In this document: positions 1 to 9,314 of the stretch, in pieces
How positions within the stretch are numbered: position 1 is the first letter of the stretch
Layout: each line of letters begins with the position of its first letter
Virus record (IMG/VR): IMGVR_UViG_3300033121_001564
Span: 1 to 64,000 of that record
Length of the DNA: 64,000 nt
Source of the DNA: a virus
Taxonomy: Duplodnaviria; Caudoviricetes
Direction: 5' to 3' (one strand)
Notes under the pieces: generated by a model
The model's database searches: none
Seen by the model: only the letters and a program-made list of their open reading frames with translations
Told to the model about the DNA's origin: nothing
Made by a program: the position numbers and the translations under genes

Positions 1-66
1 CATTTTGCATTCTACATTTTGCATTCTACATTTTGCATTCTACATTTTGCATTTTGCATTTTGCAT
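1..66. repeat. Tandem heptamer-based repeat (CATTTTG/CATTCTA)n
   Basis: CATTTTGCATTCTA x3 followed by CATTTTG x3; AT-rich against the GC-rich window. Confidence 0.9.
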
Positions 67-118
67 TACTGAGTTTTATTGCCTGTTGCCGCAAGGCGAA
101 AAGCGAGAGGCGAGAGGA

Positions 119-646
119 TCAGGGCAGTGCCGTACTCTGCGACACGATCAACTCCCCAAACGACAGAACCGCTTTCTTCCCCGCCGTCGTTCGTGCAATC
201 GCGTAGTAATACGTCCCGGCCGCCAGGGTCGTGTTGGAACTCGTCAGTGTCACGGTCACGGTGCTGTCGCCCGTGGTCGAGGAGTAGCTCAGAGTGACGC
301 CCGAGCCTCCCGTGCTCCGGGAGACGAGCGTCGCGGTTGCATCCGGCGTCTCCTTCAGCACGAATACGACCGTCTCGCCGGTCAGGTCCACGTCGTAGAC
401 CGTGTCGGTGATGACGATGTCCTCGCCGGAAAAGCAGTCCCAGGGCTGGTGTCGGGCCATGATGTCCCCCTCGAGCGAAACGGCGGTCCGAACATCCCCC
501 ACGAGATCGATGGCCGTGCCCACGTCCCCTTCGAGAGGGACCGCGGTTTGGACATCCCCCAGGAGATCGACGGGTCGCCTGGGGTCGCGCCCGGCCGACC
601 ACCAGCCGAGCGCCCAGCGCCAGAGGTCGCGAAACCCGGCAGCCAT
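119..646 (-). CDS. Virion/baseplate-associated protein (BppU-N-like C-terminal half, 10-aa repeats in N-terminal half)
   Basis: GEDIVITDTVYDVDLTGETVVFVLK...LTSSNTTLAAGTYYY resembles BppU-N-like beta domains; last gene of the minus-strand structural operon. Confidence 0.55.
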   Translation of the reverse strand: MAAGFRDLWRWALGWWSAGRDPRRPVDLLGDVQTAVPLEGDVGTAIDLVGDVRTAVSLEGDIMARHQPWDCFSGEDIVITDTVYDVDLTGETVVFVLKETPDATATLVSRSTGGSGVTLSYSSTTGDSTVTVTLTSSNTTLAAGTYYYAIARTTAGKKAVLSFGELIVSQSTALP

Positions 647-1788
647 CAGGCGGACCCCACGATCGGGTCAGCGGCGTCGTCCGTGGTGAGCGTCCAGGTG
701 CCCAGCACGGTCGAGCCGTCGCGCTTGTAGACCGTCTGGGTCGAGCCCACGACGACGGACTGGAACGACCTCTGGAGGAAACCGTAGAGGCTGTCCTTGG
801 TCAGGGTGTCGCCGTCGGAGGAAGACTCCACGCTGTCCTGGTCCCGGCGGAGGGTCACGTCGGCGATGCGCTGGGCGGCGGCGGTCGCGACCAGCACGCC
901 CGAGGTGCCAGTGTCGTCGAGGATGGCTGCGGAGTCGGACTTGATCGCGGCGAGCTGCGTGTCGAGGTTGGCACTCGCCAGCCCAACCGCGGTTCGCACT
1001 CCGGCCGCGTCGAGGTCGGTAAACCCGGTGACGCCTGTGCCTTTTACAAGGACGATGTTGGTCCCAGCGGTCAAGGTGCGCACCACGTGAGCCCAGACGT
1101 AGGTGGCGATGGACTCCTTGGCGTCGATCGAGAGCACTGACGCACTTATTGCACCATCGTCGATGAACTCCACGTCCACGGCACTGCCCACGGCCACGTC
1201 GAGCCCGGAGGAGTAGGATGACGGCCCGGACCTCGGGAGGATCGCGAACGTGGTCGTATTATCTGGCGTGGTCGTCCAGGGGAACTCGAGGCCGACCACC
1301 TTCGTCGAGCCCGTGTAGCCACTGATCGTGCGGCACTGCCCGGCGCCCGTGCCACCCGTGAGGCGTAGGAGCAGTCCGAGGTAGTGGTTATCGACGGACG
1401 ATGCGCCAGCATCCAGGGTGATGCCGGCGAGCGTGCCGGCCTGCGCGGTGCCGGTGCGGATGGCTGCCGTCTCGGAGAGGGTTGCCTCGGACGAGCCCTT
1501 CCAGTCGATCGTCGGCACGGCGACCGGCGGGCCATCCGATGCCGCTGGCGAGCCTCCCGCCTGGCGGTAGATCACCACATCGTAGAGTCCGGCCGCGATT
1601 GCTGGGAAGTCCCCGTAGTAGGCTCCGGTGGTGGACTTTTGGGTGAGCGCGCGAGCGTAACTGGTCCAGTTGGCGACGACGGGATCCTCGAACGTGGAGC
1701 CGTTCAACCAGTAGCCGTCTGACGCGCGGACGATCACCGCGTACCAGGTCGAGCCGTTCACGTCGTACTGTCGGATCTCGCCGGCCAC
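646..1788 (-). CDS. Phage virion/tail-associated protein
   Basis: GTAQAG...ITLDAGASSVDNHY...GGTGAGQCRTISGY motif common in phage tail proteins; Ser/Thr/Gly/Ala-rich; tightly packed with neighbours. Confidence 0.6.
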   Translation of the reverse strand: MAGEIRQYDVNGSTWYAVIVRASDGYWLNGSTFEDPVVANWTSYARALTQKSTTGAYYGDFPAIAAGLYDVVIYRQAGGSPAASDGPPVAVPTIDWKGSSEATLSETAAIRTGTAQAGTLAGITLDAGASSVDNHYLGLLLRLTGGTGAGQCRTISGYTGSTKVVGLEFPWTTTPDNTTTFAILPRSGPSSYSSGLDVAVGSAVDVEFIDDGAISASVLSIDAKESIATYVWAHVVRTLTAGTNIVLVKGTGVTGFTDLDAAGVRTAVGLASANLDTQLAAIKSDSAAILDDTGTSGVLVATAAAQRIADVTLRRDQDSVESSSDGDTLTKDSLYGFLQRSFQSVVVGSTQTVYKRDGSTVLGTWTLTTDDAADPIVGSA

Positions 1789-1796
1789 GGGTCACC

Positions 1797-2087
1797 TCAC
1801 GCTGCGCTGGTCGTTACCTGGATCGCGTCCACCTGCTGCTGGGCCAACTGCTGGGCCGTCGCCTCGGCCTCGGCTCGCTTTTGATTCGCGATAAACCCCC
1901 TTGTAACGTCCTTGATGAACTTGACGATCTGGGCTCGCGCAAACTCGCCGGGCGTGACCGGGTTCGTCATCATTTGCCCGGGATGGTCCGGGTCGGGAAC
2001 CGTGGGCTGGTAGCCGTAGGTCACACAGAGCGCGGTTGCGGCCAGGTCGAAGGCGGCGTCTTCGCAGGAAAGGGAAATCGTTTTCAT
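1797..2087 (-). CDS. Hypothetical phage protein (possible tail fibre accessory)
   Basis: ATG start; directly downstream of the fibre-like gene in the operon. Confidence 0.6.
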   Translation of the reverse strand: MKTISLSCEDAAFDLAATALCVTYGYQPTVPDPDHPGQMMTNPVTPGEFARAQIVKFIKDVTRGFIANQKRAEAEATAQQLAQQQVDAIQVTTSAA

Positions 2088-2103
2088 GGTTCACTCGCAT
2101 CGG

Positions 2104-3117
2104 TTAGACAAGGGCCACTGTGCCTGTTTTGAAGGTAGTACCGTCTGAATACAGCACTCGGAACTTGAGGTTGTGGCCACTTTCATCGAGGTAGAACGTC
2201 ACTTGCGAAGTCCCGATCTGGGCATCTGTGGGTGCCGATGCCGGGGCTGCGGCTGCAAACCTGCCTGCCCCATCCGACCAGCCTCGTGCTACCTCCCTTG
2301 CACTCGTATCCCAGGCTCGAAGAATCAAACGTGCCTTGCGTGTGGCGTCGGTACTATCTACCCATGCGGTGTCCACTTCGGCCTGGGCTCGGCCTGCGGT
2401 TGTGGACGACTCACCTTGTAGCTGAATCAGAGTAGCCGACTGGGAAGCTATACCTCTTGCTACAAAAGGAGTGGTAGATGTAGCTCCTGCGGTGAGAAGC
2501 AGAGAGCCGAACCCAGTAGAGCCATTCGTTACTGTGACGACACCTGCCGAAGATCGCTTCAGGCCGGTATCTGGCGATGATGTAGGGTCCCCGGTGGAAG
2601 AGAACAGGAATTGCGAGGTGCTTCTCACCTCGAAGCCAGAGGACTTACCACACCCCCAAAGTTCGCCCGAGTTGATATGCCCGGTTCCGCTGTTGCTGTA
2701 CTGGTAGAATCCGTTGTTGTTGCTGTTTTCAAACCCTAATGAGGGATTGCTAGCGGTCCCAGAAGCAGCTCGCACACACCCAGAAGCAGTTACCTTCGCC
2801 AGCGTCGTCCCATTCACCTTGAACTGTGCCAGGTCACCGCTCTGGCTCGTCACCCCGTTCACCACGAGAGGCACATCCGTTGTCGCCCCGTCCGTGATCG
2901 TGAGGATCGACCCCGAACTCGCATAGGTCAGCCTCGAAGCCCACGACGGGTTCGCGCCGCTTCCGCCCGTGGCGAGGAGGTTGCCAACCGTCCCCGCCGC
3001 GAGATTGTTCCACTTGCTCGAGCCCCGGAAAAATAGGTCACCCTGCGCGACACCGGACAGACTGACATCGACCGTCAAGTCCTGGAGTCGAATCGTCCTC
3101 GGTGTCGCGCCGGCCAT
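2104..3117 (-). CDS. Tail fibre-like protein
   Basis: Gly/Ser/Thr-rich; AAGTVGNLLATGGSGANPSW, GTASNPSLGF and DTGLKRSSAGVV segments typical of phage fibres. Confidence 0.65.
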   Translation of the reverse strand: MAGATPRTIRLQDLTVDVSLSGVAQGDLFFRGSSKWNNLAAGTVGNLLATGGSGANPSWASRLTYASSGSILTITDGATTDVPLVVNGVTSQSGDLAQFKVNGTTLAKVTASGCVRAASGTASNPSLGFENSNNNGFYQYSNSGTGHINSGELWGCGKSSGFEVRSTSQFLFSSTGDPTSSPDTGLKRSSAGVVTVTNGSTGFGSLLLTAGATSTTPFVARGIASQSATLIQLQGESSTTAGRAQAEVDTAWVDSTDATRKARLILRAWDTSAREVARGWSDGAGRFAAAAPASAPTDAQIGTSQVTFYLDESGHNLKFRVLYSDGTTFKTGTVALV

Positions 3118-3120
3118 CGA

Positions 3121-3357
3121 TCAGCCTCCCTGGTTCGCGGGAATGTGTCGCAGTTTCTCGGCCGCGTTCGCGTGCAGGCCGGACTCCTCGCAGGGGGTGC
3201 GGGTCACACGCTCCAAATCGAACTCGACCGCCGATCTGGCGTTCTTCGCCCGGACGTAATTGATCCACGCCACCGTCTCGGCCTCCTCGCTCTGCTGGAG
3301 GGTCTGGCGGTAGATTTCGCGGATCTGGCCTTGATTCAAATGCTTCGGGTCGAACAC
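3121..3357 (-). CDS. Hypothetical phage protein
   Basis: Fills the operon gap exactly. Confidence 0.55.
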   Translation of the reverse strand: MFDPKHLNQGQIREIYRQTLQQSEEAETVAWINYVRAKNARSAVEFDLERVTRTPCEESGLHANAAEKLRHIPANQGG

Positions 3358-3870
3358 TTACGCAACCTCCGGGAGTGTCAACAACCGCGAGTACACGAAC
3401 GCCACCTCCAGCCGGCTCGACACCCACCCGGCATCCTTGCGGTCCCGCGCTGGCGTCAGCCAGTCCAGGCACGCCACGGGCTCACTGATTGCGTTCCCCT
3501 CGCGGTCCAGCGGGAACCAGTCCTCGAGCACGTTGACCACCAGGTCCTCGAACGTGAAGTGCCCCAGGGACGCCTTCGTCAGCATCTCCGTCGAGACGTT
3601 GGTCTCGTCGAGCCACATGCGACTGTAGAGCACCACATCCATCGTCCGCCGGCGTCGGTTGACATACCGCCCGCCCCCGTCGATCCCCTCCGCTGGAGTC
3701 TCGCCCGTCGGTCGGAGCCCCACGAGTCGTTCCGCGTTCACCTTGAGATGCTCGGTGGACTCGGTCGCCGTGACGAACACCGCGTCGCGGGGCATCCGGC
3801 ATGCAGACGTCACCCGGTCGCGGATGGCGAGGATGATCTCGGACAGGGTTGCAGGACGGAGTGTGGCCAT
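3358..3870 (-). CDS. Putative tail completion/terminator-like protein
   Basis: 170 aa; LSEIILAIRDRV N-terminal helix and RLEVAFVY C-terminal strand; structural context. Confidence 0.5.
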   Translation of the reverse strand: MATLRPATLSEIILAIRDRVTSACRMPRDAVFVTATESTEHLKVNAERLVGLRPTGETPAEGIDGGGRYVNRRRRTMDVVLYSRMWLDETNVSTEMLTKASLGHFTFEDLVVNVLEDWFPLDREGNAISEPVACLDWLTPARDRKDAGWVSSRLEVAFVYSRLLTLPEVA

Positions 3871-3879
3871 GCCGCGAGT

Positions 3880-5094
3880 CTAACCGGGAGGGTGGGGAGA
3901 GGGGTAATCGTGGGCCGCGTTGACAAGTAACCGATCGGCCTCCTCGTGGTGCCGCCGGCAGAGCCAGACGACGTCGAGCCAGTGCTCGCGCTCGTAGCCC
4001 CTGTGATGGTGCCCCTCGACGGTGGGCGTGTCGCACCCGGGGTGCTGGCAGTGGGGCGGACGAACGAGTTTCCCACGTTTCAGTGCCTGATACACCATCG
4101 CATGAGCGTGAGCCTTCAATCGCACATCCGGGTCAACAGGAAGGCGAACCTTTTCGAGTTCCTCGGGAACGACACCGACCGGCGTGGTGAGGGCCAGTTC
4201 GACGGGCCACCCGTACTTCAGGCGATTGTGCAAACTACAGTGCGTCAATCCGACGTCTTCGGCCCACTCGGACATCGTCTTGGTGGCGCCGTCGAGGGTG
4301 ATCGTTCGGTTGTTGCTGCGGTTGCGGGCCTGCTGGTGGATGGTCTCCCACCGGCAGTTCTCCGGGCAGTAGTTGCCGTCGTTGTCGATGCGTCCGAGGC
4401 TGTGCCCGGGCGACGGGCGAGCGCCGAGATCGACGTAGAAGTTGACGAACCCGTCCTCGCCCAGCCACCTGTCACACACGGCGATGCCGCGTCCGCCGTA
4501 GTGCGGGTAGGACTTCTGTCCAGGGTCGGTACACCGGGCGATCATGTTCTTCCAGGCCAGCCACTCGGGCGAGTCCGTCATCCCGTGCGTCGCGTTACCG
4601 GCGCCCATGAGTGCCGCCTGCTCTGCGGCTTTCTCCCTCTGGATGCACCCGCAACTCTGGGCCTTGCCAATTATCAGGCTCCGCTGCTCGATCGTGACCG
4701 ACTTGCCGCAGTCGCAAAGGCACGACCATCGGCGATGCTTGATTCCCAGTCGCTTATCCGCCTCTGCGGACACCGTCAGTCGCCCGAACCGTCTTCCCGT
4801 CAGGTCCGTCGCAGCCTTCAGTGTGTGCCCGTGGCGGGTGGGGATGAGCCCCCTGGCGACGACGGTCCTGATGCAACCGCAACTCCTGGTGTTGCCACTC
4901 TTGACCATGTCGATGCGGACTTCCAGCTCCTTGCCGCAGTCACAACGAAAGAGCCATATCGTGCGTTTGTTCTCGAACCGCAGAAAGCGAACGGCGACGA
5001 GACTCGTGAACCGTTGCCCGGTCACGTCCTCGCGGCGACGGCCCGTTGCGGGTTGCCGGATGGGCGATGATGGAGTAGGCTGGTCGTTGACCAT
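3880..5094 (-). CDS. Free-standing HNH homing endonuclease
   Basis: Two D(V/L)TGxRFxxL...C.CDCG...SCGC repeats, WKNMIARC...YGGRGIAVCDRW, SLGRIDNDGNYCPENCRW, and a second C-terminal His/Cys module (EGHHH...WLCRRHH); GGAG RBS before ATG 5094. Confidence 0.9.
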   Translation of the reverse strand: MVNDQPTPSSPIRQPATGRRREDVTGQRFTSLVAVRFLRFENKRTIWLFRCDCGKELEVRIDMVKSGNTRSCGCIRTVVARGLIPTRHGHTLKAATDLTGRRFGRLTVSAEADKRLGIKHRRWSCLCDCGKSVTIEQRSLIIGKAQSCGCIQREKAAEQAALMGAGNATHGMTDSPEWLAWKNMIARCTDPGQKSYPHYGGRGIAVCDRWLGEDGFVNFYVDLGARPSPGHSLGRIDNDGNYCPENCRWETIHQQARNRSNNRTITLDGATKTMSEWAEDVGLTHCSLHNRLKYGWPVELALTTPVGVVPEELEKVRLPVDPDVRLKAHAHAMVYQALKRGKLVRPPHCQHPGCDTPTVEGHHHRGYEREHWLDVVWLCRRHHEEADRLLVNAAHDYPSPHPPG

Positions 5095-5224
5095 GACGTG
5101 GACTCCCAAGAAGTCTTCGTTGTGGTAAGAGCCAGGGCGGCGCGTCAACGCCTCCCTGGCTCGCTCATTATTTCACGCCATCCGTGGCGAACAAAGCCCA
5201 ACAAAATAAAAGACCATCCATGTC

Positions 5225-6615
5225 CTAAGAAACCAAACTATCGGCGCATGTGGGAGATCCGGAGTAGGGAATAACCAGATTTTTCGACGCAAGCCCGAAG
5301 AACCGTTCCATCCACGCGGCCATCACGCCCATCGTGTTCGTCGTGGTCAACGTCCAGGCGTCTCCGAGAACCGGAGTTGTGCTACCCGAGAACACGGCAA
5401 TCGACGGCCCGCCGGTGTACAGCTGGGACATGGCGGCGAACGCCAGGTCGTCGATGACGACGCTCTTGGTGTTGGTGATGGCGGTGGTGACCTTCAACTC
5501 CAGCCGTACCGTCGTCGGCAGGTTCGTCGGGGTGCGGAACGACCCGGAGAAGCTGGCGAAACTGGTGGTCTGGGCTGTCAGGTCCACCGTGAAGCTGTTC
5601 GCGGTGCCGTAGTCGTCGTTGATGACGGTGCCCGAGGAGTCCACGAGCGCGACGCGCAGCACGCCCGCGGCAGGGGCGCTGGAGATCGCCTTGATCTTGC
5701 CGTGAACGGCGTACTGGGTCGAGGCAGCCAGCCGGCCCGGAGTGCCGCCCGAGCCGGCGGTCGTCGAGGCAGTCTTGTTGAACTCCTGGTAGAGCTTGAT
5801 GAGCGTGCTGCCATCACCCGTGAGTTTGAGCGCGTTACTCTGGGTGTAGGCGTCCCCCGAGCCAGACGCGAAGATATCGGTCCCCGCCGCACCGGTCTGG
5901 TGGACCCAGTTGTCGAAATAGTTCGACGTCGTCGCCGTCTCGAAATCACCGTTGGTGAGCAGGTTGCCCCCGGTGTTGTCGATCTGGGCGTCGATGATCG
6001 AGCCGGTAAGCGTGGCACCGGAGCCGCCCGGCCAGTCGTAACCGTAGACGCTGGCGGCGGACTGCGCCCCCTGGAGCTTCCAGGACTCCCGGCGGGACGT
6101 GGCGCCGCCCGAGATCGAGTCCGCCGTGATGGACAGGCGGAGCTTCTCGGCGAGCAGGGTCTGATAGGTGCTGCCGTAGGCGTTCTTCAGGCTGACGACC
6201 GCGATGGGGTTACCCACCGGACTGCCGACGGAGGTCTGCGCGCCACACGCGACGGTGGAGGCGTTGAGCGACGCGGACGCTGCCCGCATCTGACGAATCA
6301 CCTCGGTCCAGGCCGCGGTGACGTCGGTGGAGCTGGGAAGGTTGGCGTCGAGCCGGACCTGCTCGAGGAGGATTTTTTGCGCGAGCGTTGCCAGTTGCGA
6401 CAAAAAGGACGCCTGCGACGACTGCCAGCTGGAGATGTAGGTCCAGTGCCCGTCGATGGACTTCGACACGGCCGGGGACTCGGCCGCGTAACTCTCGAGG
6501 GTCGTCCCCCGGGTCTGCATGGATGCGCCGGAGGCGACGTCGGTCGTGGCCGTGCCGCCCATCAGGGAGACGACGTTCGCGGCGGCGCCGGCGCACGCAC
6601 CGAGTCGCTTGAACA
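5225..6615 (-). CDS. Virion structural protein with CBM-like domain, exon 2 of an intron-split gene (spliced product ~473 aa)
   Basis: NLLTNGDFE...VIDDL carbohydrate-binding-like module; splicing gives MSLTFTGTGG-LFKRLG in frame. Confidence 0.8.
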
Positions 6616-6907
6616 CATTTTGTTACTCTCCGGCTTCCCGGAGGGGGCGGTCATTTCTGCCGCCCTCTGCATGTCGCCATGCAGAGCAGACTCTATCTTC
6701 ACCCTGCCATCGCTGGCGAGGGGCTCCGCGTATAGTCGTTGAGGCTCCTTACCCTGGCAAGAACCCTTGCCAGGTCGTTGCCTGCTGATTGCCTGCACCC
6801 GAAGGATTGTCACTGCCTCGCGGCGAGTACCCCGGGATACTCAGGGTTTCCAGCATACAGCGGAGTGTGATGCCAGGGATTTCGCCCTGACTGGGCCGTT
6901 CATCTGG
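6616..6907 (-). ncRNA. Group I self-splicing intron, ORF-less, 292 nt
   Basis: P ATGCTGGAAA (6856-6847), Q AATCAGCAGG (6790-6781), R TCAACGACTA (6742-6733), S AAGATAGAGTC (6699-6689); P3 CTCCGC/GCGGAG; P9 with GCGA tetraloop; U-G pair at the 5' splice site; P10; terminal G at 6616. Confidence 0.93.
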
Positions 6908-6938
6908 ACCCGCCCGTTCCCGTGAAGGTCAAACTCAT
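6908..6938 (-). CDS. Exon 1 (MSLTFTGTGG plus 1 nt) of the intron-split structural gene
   Basis: ATG at 6938 with GGAG RBS 10 nt upstream; 31 nt ending in the T that forms the P1 U-G pair. Confidence 0.85.
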
Positions 6939-7026
6939 AAATGATATCTCCAGACCATCAGGCTAGTTGTTCACCCGAAGAGTCTGGATGGTAATGTTCA
7001 CTACCGGCTTAGAGCAAAACGCAGCA

Positions 7027-7242
7027 CTACACGTTGCCGTGCGGACACTTCTTGTAGACGTGCCTGGCGCAGTTGCAGTTGTAGCAGAGGACGCGGTACT
7101 TGTCGCGGGGAAACCCCTCCTTCTTCACCCGCTTGTGCAGACCAATGGTTGCAGTCTCTCTCTCCCGGGTTCCTCCTCCATGAATGTGGTCCACAGTCAA
7201 AAATCCGGGGTTGGTTTCGCCGCAACACGCGCTCGGCGTGGG
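7027..7242 (-). pseudogene. 5'-truncated small HNH endonuclease
   Basis: ACCGETNPGFLTVDHIHGGG...FPRDKYRVLCYNCNCAR; reading frame begins right after an in-frame stop, with no start codon ahead of the Cys motif. Confidence 0.75.
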
Positions 7243-8040
7243 TCATGCGGGCACCTCGTGAGCGTGGGCAGGATGGTCCTGGCAGTAATCCTCGAGCACG
7301 CTCCGTGTCACCGGGTCTTCTCGCTCGAGGAAGAGATTCAGATAGTGGTCGTCGGGGCGGAAATGGGGAATCTCCCTCGCCGTCGCGACCGCGTTCCCCT
7401 CGGGGTTCAGGCTCGCCAGTGCCAGCCGGAAGCCGTCACCGTCGATCGTGAGTATGCGGTCGGCTGTGTACTTCCCCTCGGGCACGGGCAGGAGCCCCAG
7501 CGTCAAGGGTGTATCCTCTTCGATCAATTCGGGGGGCAGCAGCCAGCCTAAGCGGTTGCGGTCGAAACACGTCCCGAGTACCAGTCCAGGGCGGACGCAC
7601 AGGGTGCCGGGGCGGAAGTATCCCACACCCTCGCATTCGATGCAGATGCGGTCGGCCTGCGGTATGTGTGGCGGAATCATACCACTGCCGTCACAGTTCG
7701 AGCACGGCTCGTCCTCGACGAACTCGCACCACGAGAGGAGTTGCCCGCCGGTACAGGCAAGGGCGGTAGAGGGTTGCTCGTTGCACATGTAGTCGAGGCT
7801 ATCCCGGACGCTGGCGATCGCAGGGTATGTGCCATCGGCGGCACGGCTGGACGAACGGAACCCGACCTCACCCGAAACCCATCCTTGCACGCAGAGGAAT
7901 GCCCACGGGGTACAGACCAGCGTGGACCACTCCCCGCCGATGGCCGGAGGGGAGTGCCTTGTCCACCGATACCGCATCCAGTCTTTGGACGCCGTTTCGT
8001 CGATGTACCGCTCGAGCCAGACGCCAGCGAGATCGTCCAT
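7243..8040 (-). CDS. Hypothetical protein with CxxCxGxG zinc finger and TIGR02996-like C-terminal helix
   Basis: CSNCDGSG...CIECEGVG; C-terminal EREDPVTRSVLEDYCQDH. Confidence 0.65.
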   Translation of the reverse strand: MDDLAGVWLERYIDETASKDWMRYRWTRHSPPAIGGEWSTLVCTPWAFLCVQGWVSGEVGFRSSSRAADGTYPAIASVRDSLDYMCNEQPSTALACTGGQLLSWCEFVEDEPCSNCDGSGMIPPHIPQADRICIECEGVGYFRPGTLCVRPGLVLGTCFDRNRLGWLLPPELIEEDTPLTLGLLPVPEGKYTADRILTIDGDGFRLALASLNPEGNAVATAREIPHFRPDDHYLNLFLEREDPVTRSVLEDYCQDHPAHAHEVPA

Positions 8041-8043
8041 CGC

Positions 8044-9036
8044 TCACTCCTTCCCCAGGATCAGGTCAACCGCCCAGCATCCACGATAGTGTGGCCCAGG
8101 TGAGCGGAGGTGAGCCAGGGTTGGGTGAGGAATCACCTCGCCACGGAGCACATCCTCCCACGGCGGGCCGTCCGCCCGGCACTTCAGACACGACGACAGC
8201 GGAACGGGAAAGGACTTCTTCCGCACGATGGCATAGGCTCCACCGCACCTGCACCGGAGTAGTCGGCGGTTGCTCCTGCCCGTGCCTCGCGTCTGGTAGT
8301 CCGGCGCGCAGACGTAGCAGCCAATCTTTCCACCGAGCGTACCCCGCATCCCGGAGCCGTTGCACTCCGGGCAGACGCCGTCGGAATTGTCGCACCCAGC
8401 CTCTTCCAGGGCGTCAGCGAGGACGGCAAGGCGCAGAGGGTCGAGCGTGCCGTCGGGCAGCCGTTCGTGGTACGCGGCATCGGCGAGGGCGAGCGCCTGT
8501 GGAGTCAGCCAGGGTGATTGCCATATGACCTCTTCCGTTGCGCCGCTTTCAAGTGCGGCGGCGCTCATGTCTCTTGCGGCCGTCACCACCTTGCGGACGC
8601 TTGCCGGCCGGAACGGGTTGCCGATGATGTCGCGGATGGCGTTAGCAAACTGACAAGAGATTTCACCCTGGAAGTCAACCGGCTCACGGCATAAATCATA
8701 GGCCGCGCTCGCGGAGCACGAACGCAGACATGCTCTGGCAAAAACACCACTTGGACCATATATACTGTGTGCGTCTGCGAACTCTTGACGAGCAATCCCT
8801 CGGTCGGTCAATCCGTCCACTATTTGCTCTACAGACTCCACAACATCGCATACCGTTTGCCGACGAGGCACCCACCGGGAGAGCATGTGGCGTGTTGCAG
8901 CGCAGCAGAACAACCGAAATTTCCTCTCACTCGTCTGCCACAGATCACGGTAGCCCTCCAATCCTTCGCTTCCGCCGGCCAGGTAGTACACCATCCGCGC
9001 TGGCTCCCCACACGCCAGCCACTCCGCTTCCGTCAT
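8044..9036 (-). CDS. Planctomycete MTEAEWL-family protein with inserted zinc-finger module
   Basis: MTEAEWLAC, RKFRLFCCA, IRDIIGNPFRP, LAVLADALEEAGC, HLRSPGPHYRGCWAVDLILGKE; true start 9036, not 9621. Confidence 0.85.
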   Translation of the reverse strand: MTEAEWLACGEPARMVYYLAGGSEGLEGYRDLWQTSERKFRLFCCAATRHMLSRWVPRRQTVCDVVESVEQIVDGLTDRGIARQEFADAHSIYGPSGVFARACLRSCSASAAYDLCREPVDFQGEISCQFANAIRDIIGNPFRPASVRKVVTAARDMSAAALESGATEEVIWQSPWLTPQALALADAAYHERLPDGTLDPLRLAVLADALEEAGCDNSDGVCPECNGSGMRGTLGGKIGCYVCAPDYQTRGTGRSNRRLLRCRCGGAYAIVRKKSFPVPLSSCLKCRADGPPWEDVLRGEVIPHPTLAHLRSPGPHYRGCWAVDLILGKE

Positions 9037-9281
9037 CTTCCTAGCCTCCCCCTCAGCGCCTCGCCCAGTCGGAAACCCCTGGCACTGTCCCCGTCCAGGA
9101 ACGCCTCCAGCGCCTCGAGCAGTTCGGGCGCTGCCGCCACCAGGTCGCGGTTGGCGACGTACTCCCGGCGAGAGTCCCCGCCGTAGACGTCGGCGATGTC
9201 GGTCGCCCGCCCGCCGGGCTGGACGGCCACGACGATGCGGGGGTTGGAAGTGGACGGTCGCCACTTGCCTGGGGTGTGCAT
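9033..9281 (-). CDS. Conserved small phage protein (HTPGPW...ANARLIAAAPELLEAL type)
   Basis: MHTPGKW...ANRDLVAAAPELLEALE. Confidence 0.8.
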   Translation of the reverse strand: MHTPGKWRPSTSNPRIVVAVQPGGRATDIADVYGGDSRREYVANRDLVAAAPELLEALEAFLDGDSARGFRLGEALRGRLGR

Positions 9282-9314
9282 GGTAAGACTCCTCCCTCTC
9301 GTATTTTCTATCGA

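Noticed and set aside
5-730. 241-aa plus-strand ORF and many other long antisense ORFs
   Set aside because: GC-rich shadow ORFs opposite better-supported genes; this one begins in a tandem repeat
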